Source of the DNA: a virus
DNA length: 64,000 bases
Direction: 5' to 3' (one strand)
IMG/VR virus record: IMGVR_UViG_3300037423_000411
Coordinates: 32,001-96,000 of that record
Shown: positions 42,928 through 53,703 of the stretch, piece by piece
How the letters are laid out: the number at the start of each line of letters is the position of its first letter
Position numbering within the stretch: the first letter of the stretch is position 1
The notes under the pieces: generated by a model
Told to the model about the DNA's origin: nothing
Database searches by the model: none
What the model saw: the letters and a program-made list of their open reading frames with translations, nothing else
Translations under genes and position numbers: made by a program

Positions 42928-43857
42928 TTAGCCACGGCGTACCTCCTTCGCGTGCATCAGGCCTTCGACGGCGGCCTTGATCTTGAGTTCCGACCGGCCC
43001 TTGGTGCCGAGTACCCGAAGCGCCCTGTCAAGCACTCTCGGGTCAAAGCGCCTGAGACCTTCCAGCTCCTTGTCAGTGAAGAGCCGACAGTTCGACGTAC
43101 GGGCCTCACTCAGTGCCGTGACCAGTAGCTGTGCCGTCAACTCTGCTCTGCGGTGCTCGCCCTGACGTGCGCGTGCCTGCGTCCACTCGTTGTCGTTCAC
43201 CGGCCGAAGCGCCTTGGCGACGTTGCTCAGGAGAAGCCTGTCGTTCTCCGTAGCTGCCCGCATGAGCTGCAGAACTGCTCCTGAGTACTGGAGGGCCTCT
43301 TCTACCTCGAAGGCTCTCCCAGGACGCCCTGTAGCCCAGCGAGACGCCCTCACGGCTCTCTCGACAGGAACACCACGCTCCACGAGGAGATGCACCACCT
43401 CCTGGTCCTGCAGAGGCCTCGCATTGAATCTGACTGCACGAGACGCCACGGTCGGCAGCACCGGCTTGCTCGCGTAGAGCAGGAAGTGAGTTCGATCTGG
43501 CGGTTCCTCCAACAACTTGAGGAGGATGTTCAGCGCGTCGTTCGTCGCCTTGCCCGCATCGAACACGATCGCACGCTGACCACGAGGCTTGATCTGGCAT
43601 CTTGTGACGATGTGTCGAGCCACTGAAGACGTCATGCTCTGGCACTCTCGCGAGTGCGTGTGTAGTTGGTCGTTCAGCTGCTTGGTGCAGATCGTCTCAC
43701 CGACGATGATCCGCTCTGCGGGCTTCGCTATCTGATACGCCACCTCACGAGCTATCAACGACTTCCCGATACCGGCCGCGCCCTCGATCAGAACGACAGC
43801 CGGTAGCTCATCAGTGAGGAGATGCTTGCGTAGTTCGTTGTGCCCTACGAGGTTCAC
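42928..43857 (-). CDS. DNA polymerase III delta-prime (HolB)-like clamp-loader subunit
   Basis: LVGH, GAAGIGKS, ALNILLKLLEEPP and VLPTVASR (SRC-like). Confidence 0.85.
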   Translation of the reverse strand: MNLVGHNELRKHLLTDELPAVVLIEGAAGIGKSLIAREVAYQIAKPAERIIVGETICTKQLNDQLHTHSRECQSMTSSVARHIVTRCQIKPRGQRAIVFDAGKATNDALNILLKLLEEPPDRTHFLLYASKPVLPTVASRAVRFNARPLQDQEVVHLLVERGVPVERAVRASRWATGRPGRAFEVEEALQYSGAVLQLMRAATENDRLLLSNVAKALRPVNDNEWTQARARQGEHRRAELTAQLLVTALSEARTSNCRLFTDKELEGLRRFDPRVLDRALRVLGTKGRSELKIKAAVEGLMHAKEVRRG

Positions 43858-44609
43858 TCAGTGCTCGCCTCGGCTCGATCGATGATCAGTTCCAGCTGCC
43901 CGTTCAGCCCCTCGACGGCAGTCACATGCATGATGTCCAGAACACCGTGTTCGTCTTCGACCAGGATCGGAGTGTCCCCGTACTCGGGATAGACCCTGAG
44001 CGTCTGCTTGATGCGTTCAAGAAGCTGGTTCGGTGTCACCGGGCTCACGAGTGCATCACCCGCCGCACGACCTTCGGCCGTCGCTGGTTGCAGAGAGGCT
44101 CCCAGTCGTACTGATCTGCCGTCTCGCTGAGGTCCTTGGCAGTCACCGTGCACGCTGCGTACTTCGCCTGCTCAAGCGTGCACGCCACACCGATGGCCCT
44201 GCCTTCGTCGTCCACGTTCCTGCAGAACGAGAGCTGACTGCTCACGCGCAGGGGTTCCTGCATGTCGTACGAGGCTTCGTCGTACGCCTCTTCCCAGATC
44301 TCGGCCGCGTGATCGTGGAAGTCCTCCACCCTCACAACGACCGTTGCTGATCGCTCTTTCATCGCCGTTTCCTCACCCTCTGCCTCCGGGATGCTGCACG
44401 TCCTACGCGCAACGCGTTCTTCAGTTGTTTATTGAATCGACGCCAGTCCCTGCCGACATGCCAGTGGTCGCCACAGGGATAAGGCATCAGCCACGGACTC
44501 ATCATCTGCTCGCCGTAGGTCTTCTTCAGCGAGTACCAGTGGTCGTACGCCTCGGCCTTCGTCACGTGGTAGTGCTTGTTCGGGAACTTCTTGCAAACCG
44601 GGCCTTCTG

Positions 44610-45338
44610 TCATAAGCCGACCGCCCGAAGCTCTTGCCGTACCCCTTTCAGCACCTCGATGCCGACACGGGACGACCAACCGCACATCCTTGCCAACGAA
44701 GCGCCTGTGACCGCCTCTCCTGCCTCTGCAAGCCGCATGACAGCCTGCATACCTTCATGATGCCGCTGAGCGTCCCTAGCGGCAGCCTGAGCCTGCCTCC
44801 GCTGCTTCCAGACGGTCTCCGTCGCTGAAGCCTCCGCAACCTCAGCGGTGTGCCGTGCCCGAACTTCGGCCGTCGTCATCACCGACACCAGTACAAGCCG
44901 GGACTCGATCGCCTTCTCCATCTCGGCCGGTTGCCAGCGGTCCTGGTGAGCTTCTCCCCAGGTCATCCCCGAGTCCTCTTCACCACCGACCACCGCGTCC
45001 AGCTTCGCGAACTCAGGCTCACGTTTGGCGAGGTTGCGCTGCTTGTCGAGATACTGCAGGCAGTACCGCTGAGTGAAAGACCGGAGCAGGTTGCTGAATC
45101 TGGCAGCACGCCAGCGGCCTCCCTCGGTGCGCGGATTCTCGCCCGCGTCGAAGACACGATCGGCATCGAACCAGGTCAGCGCGTCCTTCTCCATGAACTT
45201 CAGCAGGATCTCGTGAGCCACGTCCTCGACGTCCTCGCGCACGATGCCCATCTTCGCCACGATGGACTTCATCATCCCGAAGTAATGCGTGTACAAGTCG
45301 GCGTAATCCCTCGGCGCACCTGTACGGGAAATGATCAT
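44610..45338 (-). CDS. ECF-like sigma-70 factor
   Basis: LYTHY...EDVEDVAHEILLKF...FSNLLRSF region-2 pattern; C-terminal HTH (ASLARMCGWS); CTCTCAC leader. Confidence 0.65.
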   Translation of the reverse strand: MIISRTGAPRDYADLYTHYFGMMKSIVAKMGIVREDVEDVAHEILLKFMEKDALTWFDADRVFDAGENPRTEGGRWRAARFSNLLRSFTQRYCLQYLDKQRNLAKREPEFAKLDAVVGGEEDSGMTWGEAHQDRWQPAEMEKAIESRLVLVSVMTTAEVRARHTAEVAEASATETVWKQRRQAQAAARDAQRHHEGMQAVMRLAEAGEAVTGASLARMCGWSSRVGIEVLKGVRQELRAVGL

Positions 45339-46098
45339 CGACCGCCTCCTGGTGAGAGTTCCTGACACTGCGAACGAGGACTTAGACGCCTCCGTGAACA
45401 CCTCGCAGTGTCAGGCGTAAACTGTTGCTTGCGGCATCATTGCACCAAACGATTGAAACGCCAAGCTCCGACTCGTTTTCCCAAGTCCGTAAAGGATTCA
45501 GGATCTGCTTGGTCTCGTTTCATACCCCACGTCAGTCCGTCATCAGGAGTCGTCACCGGCCTCGACGTCGACCGGTGTGTGGTCGGTTCCGACCACCTCT
45601 CGGCCTCCATCGACAGCTTGCGATCGTTGATCTCTCGATGTGCCTCGGCGCGCTCCGAGCGCGCCTGCACACGGACCATCTTGTCCTGCAGCTTCCCGTC
45701 CTCGCGCAGCCAGCGCTGGTACTCCTCGCGCGGACTCAGAGCACGATCGGGATCTGCCTTGTAGAGCGCCTTGTATTCAGGACATTCGAGGACGTGTGCG
45801 TTGATCTTCTTGCACGAGACGTCCGTTTCCCCGCAGCCTGCACAGCGTCCTTGCGGCATCAGCCGTAGTACGCCTTCAGGTGCTTACCGAGCTGGTACAA
45901 CCCCACCCCCGCGATGAGAGCTGCCAGAACGATCCCCAGTCTCTTCACTTTTTGCCTTTCTTGACGATGCTGTTGACCTCGGCCCGCTCAGCAGCTCGCC
46001 TCACCACGCCGTCCAGTCTCGATCTGACTGTCGTGCTGTCCTTCTTCTTCGGCGTGACGAACTTGCTGAGCGGGTTCTTCGGCTTCTTGTGTTCAGGT

Positions 46099-47046
46099 TC
46101 AGGCCGTGACAGCGTCCGCCTCCGGAGCCGTCGCGTTCGGCACCCTCAGCTCCTCGATCAGGCTCTTCACCGCGTCCAGCTGAGTCTTGAGAGCTTCGTC
46201 GCTGATGTCATCGGCCGCGATGATCTTGTCCCGCGTCGTGTCGATGTACTTGACCAGCGCGTCGGCCGTGTTCGCCAGCATCTGGTCGTTGTGGTTCTGG
46301 ATCTGGATGCAGCAGGCCTTCGTGTAGTTGAGGATGTCCTCACGTGCCGCCATGTCGATTTCCTCCGGTTGCGTCGTAGGTGGCTTGCTCGGTGGCTTCG
46401 GCGTCGTGATCACCGAGCTGTACTTCTGGATCTCGGTCACACCCTTGGCCTGCGTGTAGTGCAGCCGATCGACCTTGCGCCCCGGCGCCCAGGTCAGGTG
46501 CTCCAGGTGCGCGCCTCGCGGCAGGCCAAAGTAGTCCTGCACGGCAGCCCCGACACGTCCCATGAACTCCCTGAACGTCATCTGCTTGCCGGTGCGCGGG
46601 TTCTTCAGGACCCGGTCCCAGTCGGACTCGACGTCCCCGCCCTCGAACTCGGTGCCCCAGGCGTACTTACGGGCCGAGTCCTGCGGAATGCGGTACGACC
46701 CACCTCCGGTCTTCGGCACCGAGATCGGCCCGCCCTCACCGGGGTGGTTCGCCAGCCCGAACGTGATGATCCGGTAGCACAGGTCCCAGCCGCCGTAACC
46801 GTTGCACAGCGGGCCAGGCAGGTCACTACGGCCCTTCTTGCACAAGCTCAGCACCGGCGTCAGGCTGCTCGGGCTGTACCTGCTGTCGACGTGATGATCG
46901 AAGTTCGTCACGACCTGCAGACTGTCCCAGCGGTCACCGGAGACCGGGCGGCCTTCCAGCAGTTCGATCGAGACTTCAGGCACCCCGTGCTGCTGCAGAA
47001 CCGTCTTGAAGGCCTGTGCCTTCTGCAGTGCGGTTGCTTGACTCAC
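46099..47046 (-). CDS. endolysin, N-acetylmuramoyl-L-alanine amidase
   Basis: DHH, GRSDLPGPLC, ANHPGEG, GTEFE and HLTWAPGRKVD, followed by a Pro/Thr linker. Confidence 0.88.
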   Translation of the reverse strand: MSQATALQKAQAFKTVLQQHGVPEVSIELLEGRPVSGDRWDSLQVVTNFDHHVDSRYSPSSLTPVLSLCKKGRSDLPGPLCNGYGGWDLCYRIITFGLANHPGEGGPISVPKTGGGSYRIPQDSARKYAWGTEFEGGDVESDWDRVLKNPRTGKQMTFREFMGRVGAAVQDYFGLPRGAHLEHLTWAPGRKVDRLHYTQAKGVTEIQKYSSVITTPKPPSKPPTTQPEEIDMAAREDILNYTKACCIQIQNHNDQMLANTADALVKYIDTTRDKIIAADDISDEALKTQLDAVKSLIEELRVPNATAPEADAVTA

Positions 47047-48671
47047 TTGGAACCTCCTCGGAACACGAACCGCCCGTACCACGTCAGGTGATGCGTGTGC
47101 GGTGAGCGATCGTCACAGCCACGGCAACGGCGCGTCCACAGCTTCGCCAGCATCAGCTCTCCTTCTCGGACAGACCGTTGTCCGTGTCGTCCTCAGGATC
47201 GATGCTCTCGCCCATCGCCAGACCCTGTTCGCGCTCGTCCTCGGTCAGGGAACTCAGGACGTCGTGAACATCGACCCACTCGCCGCTCTTCGGCGGTTCG
47301 TCGGGTTCGAGTTCGGTCTCGTCGGTCGTGCCGTTCTCGTAGCTGAACCCCTCAGGGAAGAACTCGACCGGCTTGTCTTGCGCGTCACTCGTAACTTCAG
47401 GATCGGTCTCGCTCATCGTGTCCTCTTCTTCGGCTTGTCCTCGACCCAGATGCGCGGGAAGTTCGTCCCGGTGTCGGTCGTCTCCCAGTGTCCCGTCGAC
47501 CGATTCCCGTTCGTATCCTTCGTGTCAGCTGTGCGCTTCTTCCGAGGACTCTGACTGCTCTTCTGAGCCTTGTCGGCCATACCCCAGACCTCCCTGCTCC
47601 TTGAACCAGTTCAGGCGCTCACGCGCCTTGTCAGGGAACTTCGTACAGGTCGACAACACGACCCGCATCCAGAACTCCCTCTCGTTGATCAGGTCGGCCA
47701 GCGAGCAGTAGCCCAGAGGGCTGTTCCTCGCCCAGCCGTCCGAATCGTAGATCACGATCCCGTAGTACTGAGCCCACTCCTGACCCGACGTCAGGAACTC
47801 GTCCACCGTCACTCGCCTGCGCCTTCTGCTGTGCGCTGACCGTTTACCGTGTCGTCCTCGGTGACCGTCACGTACGACCAGCACTGCGTGTTGTGCATCG
47901 CGATGCAGTTGATCTTCGCCGCGTCCTTGAAGATCTGAAGGACTCCATTGTCCAACCGGACCACCTTCAGCCCCGAAGGGTAGGTCGCGAACTCGTGCCC
48001 TTCGTCGTTGTACACCCTTACCGTCATCGTCTTCCTCCTCTCACTTGAGCTGCTACTTGAACAAGGCGGTCAGGAACGTCAGCACGCTGTCGGCCGCGTC
48101 GCCCAGCTTGCTGAAGGCTTCGCCGACAGCTCCTGCGGCATTGGCCGGTTGCGTCAGGACGAACCACGCGAACAGCGCGATCAACGTCCAGGTGATGAGC
48201 TTTCCCCGAAGGGTCATGCCTGTCTCCCAGCTCGTTCGAGCAGTACCGCGTACGTGACTGCCGGAACCTCTTCGGTATCTCCGATGTGCCGAACGCCTGT
48301 GTCGATGAACGACCAGTAGGCCAGTCGGCGCGGTAGGTGGTGTGCCGTCGTCATCAGGACCAGTTCACCAGTACGGCTGAGTCGCTCTCGAAGCGACATG
48401 GCCGGGATGGTCCAGATGGTCTTCAATCTCATCTCTGCCTCCGTCAGGGAAACTCACTCGCGTTCGGATTTAAGGGAAAGTTGTGGTGGTCTACGACGTT
48501 CCGTACGGAGTTTGGGGCCTGCGTGCGACATGTGCCTGAGCGTGAGCTGAGGATTTGTGACAAGACCGTAATACAGGCCTCCGCGGTCTACGTACTGGAT
48601 CGGGAGTTGACTCACGACAACCTTTTGGGCACGCCAAAGGGGGCAGGTTTCCCTGCCCCCTGAGAGACGTA

Positions 48672-49367
48672 CTAAGCGCGCGCTGCGGCGACCGTGACAG
48701 CCGCCGTGATCTCGCCGGAACCGGCCGTGCTCTGGTCGTAGTTGTAGCCGAAGCCGTACAGGTAGACCTCGGTGGTGGAATCGACGGTGATCAACTTGAC
48801 CGTCGAACCGAACAGGTCGTGGCCCTTCGCCGGGCTGATCGCGACGCCACCGACCGTGCCGACGTCAGTGCCCCACTTCGCGTCACCGCTCAGCGTCTGG
48901 TCCTGACCGAAGCGCAGACCTACCTGCGGCATCGAGCCCTGCGCGCCCGTCACGGTACGGTTGAACACCACCGAGGTGTTGACCAGCCACGTGCCCTTCG
49001 GCAGCGTGAAGTGCCCCAGGGTGGTGAACTGGTCGTCCGACGTCGCGGTGGTGTCGCCGAAGTACTTGCCACCCAGGTGCTCGATCGCGCCGCCACCGAC
49101 GTACTTGACCTCCACACCACCCTTGACGTCCGGAGTGTTCGTGTCCTTCAGGAACGCGTCACGATCGGCCGGGACGATCTTGGACTTCGGCAGGCTGTTG
49201 TCCACGACCTGCAGCGCAGCCACCGAACGCGGGCAGAGCGGGTACATCAGGTTCTTGCAGTCGGGCTGGACAGCAGCGTCGGAGATGACGGCGTACCCGA
49301 GCAGACCCACGACAGCCACGATACCGGCAGTGAGAATACGACCGGCCGTGCTCTTGATGAAACGCAA
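48672..49367 (-). CDS. secreted or membrane-anchored hypothetical protein
   Basis: Signal-peptide-like N-terminus and beta-rich C-terminus. Confidence 0.65.
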   Translation of the reverse strand: MRFIKSTAGRILTAGIVAVVGLLGYAVISDAAVQPDCKNLMYPLCPRSVAALQVVDNSLPKSKIVPADRDAFLKDTNTPDVKGGVEVKYVGGGAIEHLGGKYFGDTTATSDDQFTTLGHFTLPKGTWLVNTSVVFNRTVTGAQGSMPQVGLRFGQDQTLSGDAKWGTDVGTVGGVAISPAKGHDLFGSTVKLITVDSTTEVYLYGFGYNYDQSTAGSGEITAAVTVAAARA

Positions 49368-49416
49368 CGTATTTACTTCCCCTCAAAAGAGACCCCGACT
49401 CGGGTTGAGTCGGGGT

Positions 49417-49517
49417 TGGTGCCCGGAGTCGGACTCGAACCGACACTCGCTCCTTTCAGCCTCCCCCGCCCAGGGAGACCTACTGGGTGCTGCTCTGACC
49501 TATTGAGCTACCCGGGA
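49417..49517 (-). tRNA. tRNA-like RNA with atypical anticodon/variable region
   Basis: TAGCTC-AATAGGTCA-GAGC D arm, GTCGG-TTCGAGT-CCGAC T arm, acceptor stem and ACCA end; no canonical 7-nt anticodon loop. Confidence 0.7.
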
Positions 49518-49521
49518 CAAG

Positions 49522-49571
49522 CGAGAGAGGCGCGGACTATTTGGTAGCCGTGCTCGATGTGGCCTCTCTCG
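49522..49571 (-). ncRNA. solo TIGR-like unit immediately upstream of the tRNA-like RNA
   Basis: cgagagaggCCA-catcgagca-CGGCTACCA-aatagtccgc-gcctctctcg. Confidence 0.75.
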
Positions 49572-51854
49572 GATCGATCAGCCCGCGATCGCGGCATGGA
49601 TGCCGTGATTCGTCCCCCCACAGCTGCACTCACAGTCCGGACTAACCGAGCCCATGCAGTTCTCATCACATGGGATGAACTTGCCTGCCTTCTTGGCCTT
49701 GGCGTACGACACAGCGACCAGCGCTTCGGCGTCGGCCTTGACCTTGCTCCAGATGGCCTTCTCGATCGCAGAGCCCTTCTTCTGAGCCCACGCCTCCGAC
49801 CGCTGAGCGCTGTTGTAGACCTGCACCGGCGTGTAGGTCTGCCCGTTCTTGGTCATGTGCTGCAAGGCCTTCAGTGCCTCGCTCGCGTTCGCGTACTTGC
49901 GCATCTTCTTACCTCCTTCGGGGTGAGAGTCCCGTCCTTTGCTTCCGAAGTTAGCGGAGCTAGGAGACAGTTGTCAACCTCTCGTCTCGAACTTGGCCTT
50001 CAGCCGCTCGTATTCCTTGCGCTCTTTGTCCGACTGCGCCTGCTGTTGCTTCTGTGCAAGCTTCTCAGCCTTCTCCGTCCACTCGGTGGTCAGCCGTCGC
50101 TTGCACGCCTCCTGATCGGTGACGAAGTCCTCGCTGAGCCAACCGGAGCACGAATCACCGTCGTAGTACTCGCCGCTGAGGAAGATCCTCCCGGCGCCGC
50201 CGTGGTCTACCTCGCGCCAGGTGGTTGAGTAGTTCGGGATCACCGGAGCACGAGATTGGCCGATAACGTCTCGCCAGGGGTACGGCTCACCGTAGGGCTG
50301 AGAAGGCCGAGGATGTGCCTCGCGCCAACGCTGGTCGAACTCCTTGACGAAAACGTTCCACGCCTCGATGTGGGGAGCGAGTTCGGCTACAAGGGCCTCA
50401 GAGAGGTCTTCGACCTCCTTCTTCTTCGTCTCCAGCTCTTCGATCGCTTTCAGTATGTTCATGCTTCCTCCTAACCAGTGATCTCAGGTGAGTAGTACTC
50501 GGGCAACGGGATCGGACCGTCGTACATCAGGCAAGGACACTTCAGTCCTTTCGACGCCATGACAGACATGTACGTCGAGACAGCGCACTCACCCTTGCCA
50601 CCGTCACGATGCATCCCTCTGGCATGTCCGCACGTACAGACAGGCTTGGGCGCGTCAGCCAACTTCTTACGGTGCCGCTTGTCACGCTCTCCTTGAACGA
50701 ACAGCGTGATCACCACTCCGAGGATGACCCCGAACATGAACAGCGTGGCACCTTCGGCCATCACTGCACCTCCAAGAGCTGCATCGCGATCTTCGCGCCC
50801 TTGTAGGCCGCGTTCGCAGGCTCGTCTTCGTCCCTGAACGCCACGACAGGATTGTCGTAGAACTTGTCGTCGTTAACGTCGTAAAACGCTGTGAACTGAC
50901 GCTCGATCTCCTCACGCACCTTCATCAGCCACTCAGCGAGTGAGCTGGGGCCGGGATGGATCACCTCGTGCACGTCGAACATCCGCCCAGCTTCCGGGCC
51001 GCCGTCCTGCGTCAGCTTCTCGCCTACGTGATACGCGCCTTCCTTGAACGAGAAGAAGCCGTAGAACCGAGGTCCTTCGCGGAACGTGTTGTCCTCGGAA
51101 TCGTGAGAAGTCCCAATGACGTATTGCATGTTTTCACCCCCTCCGTTCCAGGTAAGGCTGCTTCGGAGTGTTCCAGATACGGTTCACCGAGAAGTGCAGC
51201 GGGCCGAACGAGAAGCTCACGAACCACCGATCCTCGGACCAGTCCGACCCGTACTGACGCTCGTAGTTCGGCCCAAGACCCCAGCTGTCCCACAGCAGGC
51301 TGAGAGAGACCCAGTAGTGCGGGTCGTTGTAGCTCGAATACCACTCCCAGAAGGCTTCACCATCAGGGTTGCGCATCGATCGACGCTCAAGCCACGACCA
51401 GTTGTGCGGTACGAAGTCCTCCACGTCCTCGTCGGTGTGCAGTCGATGACCTTCGATCTCTTGTTCGGTCTTCCAGCAGTACTGCTCATCGAAGTTCAGC
51501 CGACGCACGATGACGTCTGACTCGCCCCGAACCGTTGCCGTACCCCACATCAGAGGGTGCCCACCTTCCCTTGCGCCTGCTCGTCCAGTTCCGCAGCCGC
51601 GACAGGCTTTCGAGACAACGCCTGCCGGACCTTCTTGCCCCAGGTCACGTAGCTGTAGAACGCAAAGCTCACGTAACCGAACCGCCACCACGAATCCACG
51701 TAGTCCAACGGAACCTCAGAAACGACCTTGACGCCAGATGGCGCGGTCGTGTGGTACGTCTTCATCGAAGCCTCCTCGGTGAGAGGTGAGAGTCCCTCTA
51801 CATGAAGAGTAGCCCTGAGGGTGACAACTGTCAACTTCAGGGCTACTGCTTGAG

Positions 51855-51899
51855 CACGGCGCGACTACACTTGGGCATCCTCAACACAATGGCGCCGTG
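51855..51899 (-). ncRNA. solo TIGR-like unit
   Basis: cacggcgCCA-ttgtgttga-GGATGCCCA-agtgtagtc-gcgccgtg. Confidence 0.72.
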
Positions 51900-52837
51900 A
51901 GGTCTCTTACCTCGCGCAGTGCGGGTCGCTCGCCAGCACCGTCACACCGGACGGCTGAGGATCGGTCTCTGCGACACCTCGACTGGTGACGTACACACCC
52001 ACCGATCCGTAGCACGTGAACGCGATGTTGCGGAACCCGTCCGGCATCTTGATGACCTGCGTGTGCGTGCCGTTGATGATGTCACTCGGACTAGGCTCCG
52101 GTGCATCGGCCTTGGTGCCGCACGACACGAGATTGAGCGCTGCTGCAACGAAAAGACCTCCTGTCAGGACCTGCAGCACGTCCTTTCGAGTCACGCTCAC
52201 TCCTCGCCCTCCTTCGGCTTCGGGAGCGGACCACGGTTCGTGATCGACGGAGGCGCCGTGTAGAGCCGTGCCGTCTCGTGCAGCGAAGAAACCTGCCGCG
52301 CAAGATCGTCCTCGAACTCCAGCGACATGCGCTTCGCACTTTCCGGGTCGAACTTCTGGTCCCGGATCACGTCGTCGTAGAACGAGTTCGTAACCGGAAG
52401 GGTCACAGTCGTTTCGATCGGAGAAGCCTCGACAACCTCAGGCTCTTTCTCCATTACCTTCACCAACTTCTGCCTCCGTGGTTTCGTAATCCACAGCGAT
52501 GATCTCTGCTGACACAGGCATCGCCACGCGCGGCTGAGTGGCCGCCATCTGACACGCGATAAGACGCGCTTCGTTCTCGACTCGTTCCTGTGTTTTGTTG
52601 CTCATGTCAACAGCAACGATGCAGTAGATCGAGTCGTCACGCTTCGGAGGACGAGAGAGCGCCACACCGACGTCAACAGTGAACGTCGCGAACACATCTG
52701 CCTCCTACGAACGGGAAAGAAGGACACCCCAGGACCAAGCTGCGTAAACAAGCAACGAAGCGATGGTCACTGGGATGCCGTACTGCCTCAAGTACCGCAT
52801 TGCCCCAGTTCTAACGGATAGAGGTGACAGTTGTCAA

Positions 52838-53020
52838 CTAATCGTCTCTGCGTGAGCGTTCTGCTTCAACTTCTTCCTCAGGCAGCACGTACTGTGACCC
52901 AATACGGCGAGCGCCCGGAAACACGTTGTTCCTGATCTTCTTGTTGATCGACTGACGCGTCAGTCCCAGCAGCTCTGCTGCGTCGGACGCCACGATCCAC
53001 CCCTCTAGCGGGGGGATCAT
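52838..53020 (-). CDS. small helix-turn-helix DNA-binding protein (excisionase/MerR-like)
   Basis: SDAAELLGLTRQSINKKIRNNVFPGARRIGSQYVL. Confidence 0.8.
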   Translation of the reverse strand: MIPPLEGWIVASDAAELLGLTRQSINKKIRNNVFPGARRIGSQYVLPEEEVEAERSRRDD

Positions 53021-53661
53021 AGAATCCTGCTCATCCGAGTTAGCGCTTCCCTGAACCATGCCCGGACACCTCCCTCTTCTCTCGCTCTCAGTACTTCGTC
53101 CAGTCGTTCGAGTTCGACTTCCATCGCCTGTGTGACATCTGGATCGAACTGTCTCATCGTGTAACTCTCGTGCCGCTCCAGAGCGGCCTGTAGAGCCGCC
53201 ACAGCGTGTGTAGGTGATCCTGCCTCCTGCACCTTGGTCGCTTGGTCCAGGACAAGCTGCTGCATCCTGACCCAATACGGCTCACGCTTCGCCAGCCCGT
53301 ACTGCTCAGCCAGAATCCGCGCTGCTCGACGCTGCGTGACTTCATTACGGAGTTGCACCAGCCTGACCGGAGTCAAGAACCCGTGCATGGCGAAGCAGTA
53401 GGCCGAGTTGGAGCCGTACACACGCATGTTGCGTTCGACTCCTCCGTCCGGATGTTCGAAGCCAAAGGGGCACGTTGTCTTCCAAGACCGGTCCAGACCA
53501 CCTGGCACATAGATGCCGAAGAGATCCTTGAGCACGGTTTGAATCGGCACAGTGTTGGACTTGTCGACTTCGGCACGAAGAGCCTTGAGACGTGGGTCAT
53601 CGACCGGCTTACGCCGGTACATCTCCGCGCCTCGAAGTTCCAACTCAGCCTCCTGATACAC
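53017..53661 (-). CDS. primase zinc-binding-domain protein (no TOPRIM)
   Basis: CPFGFEHPD...MRVY...AYCFAMH CHC2-like motif; adjacent to DnaB. Confidence 0.65.
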   Translation of the reverse strand: MYQEAELELRGAEMYRRKPVDDPRLKALRAEVDKSNTVPIQTVLKDLFGIYVPGGLDRSWKTTCPFGFEHPDGGVERNMRVYGSNSAYCFAMHGFLTPVRLVQLRNEVTQRRAARILAEQYGLAKREPYWVRMQQLVLDQATKVQEAGSPTHAVAALQAALERHESYTMRQFDPDVTQAMEVELERLDEVLRAREEGGVRAWFREALTRMSRIL

Positions 53662-53703
53662 CTCGAACGTAGTTTACACCCGTAAACCGCTACTGCCTAG
53701 TAC

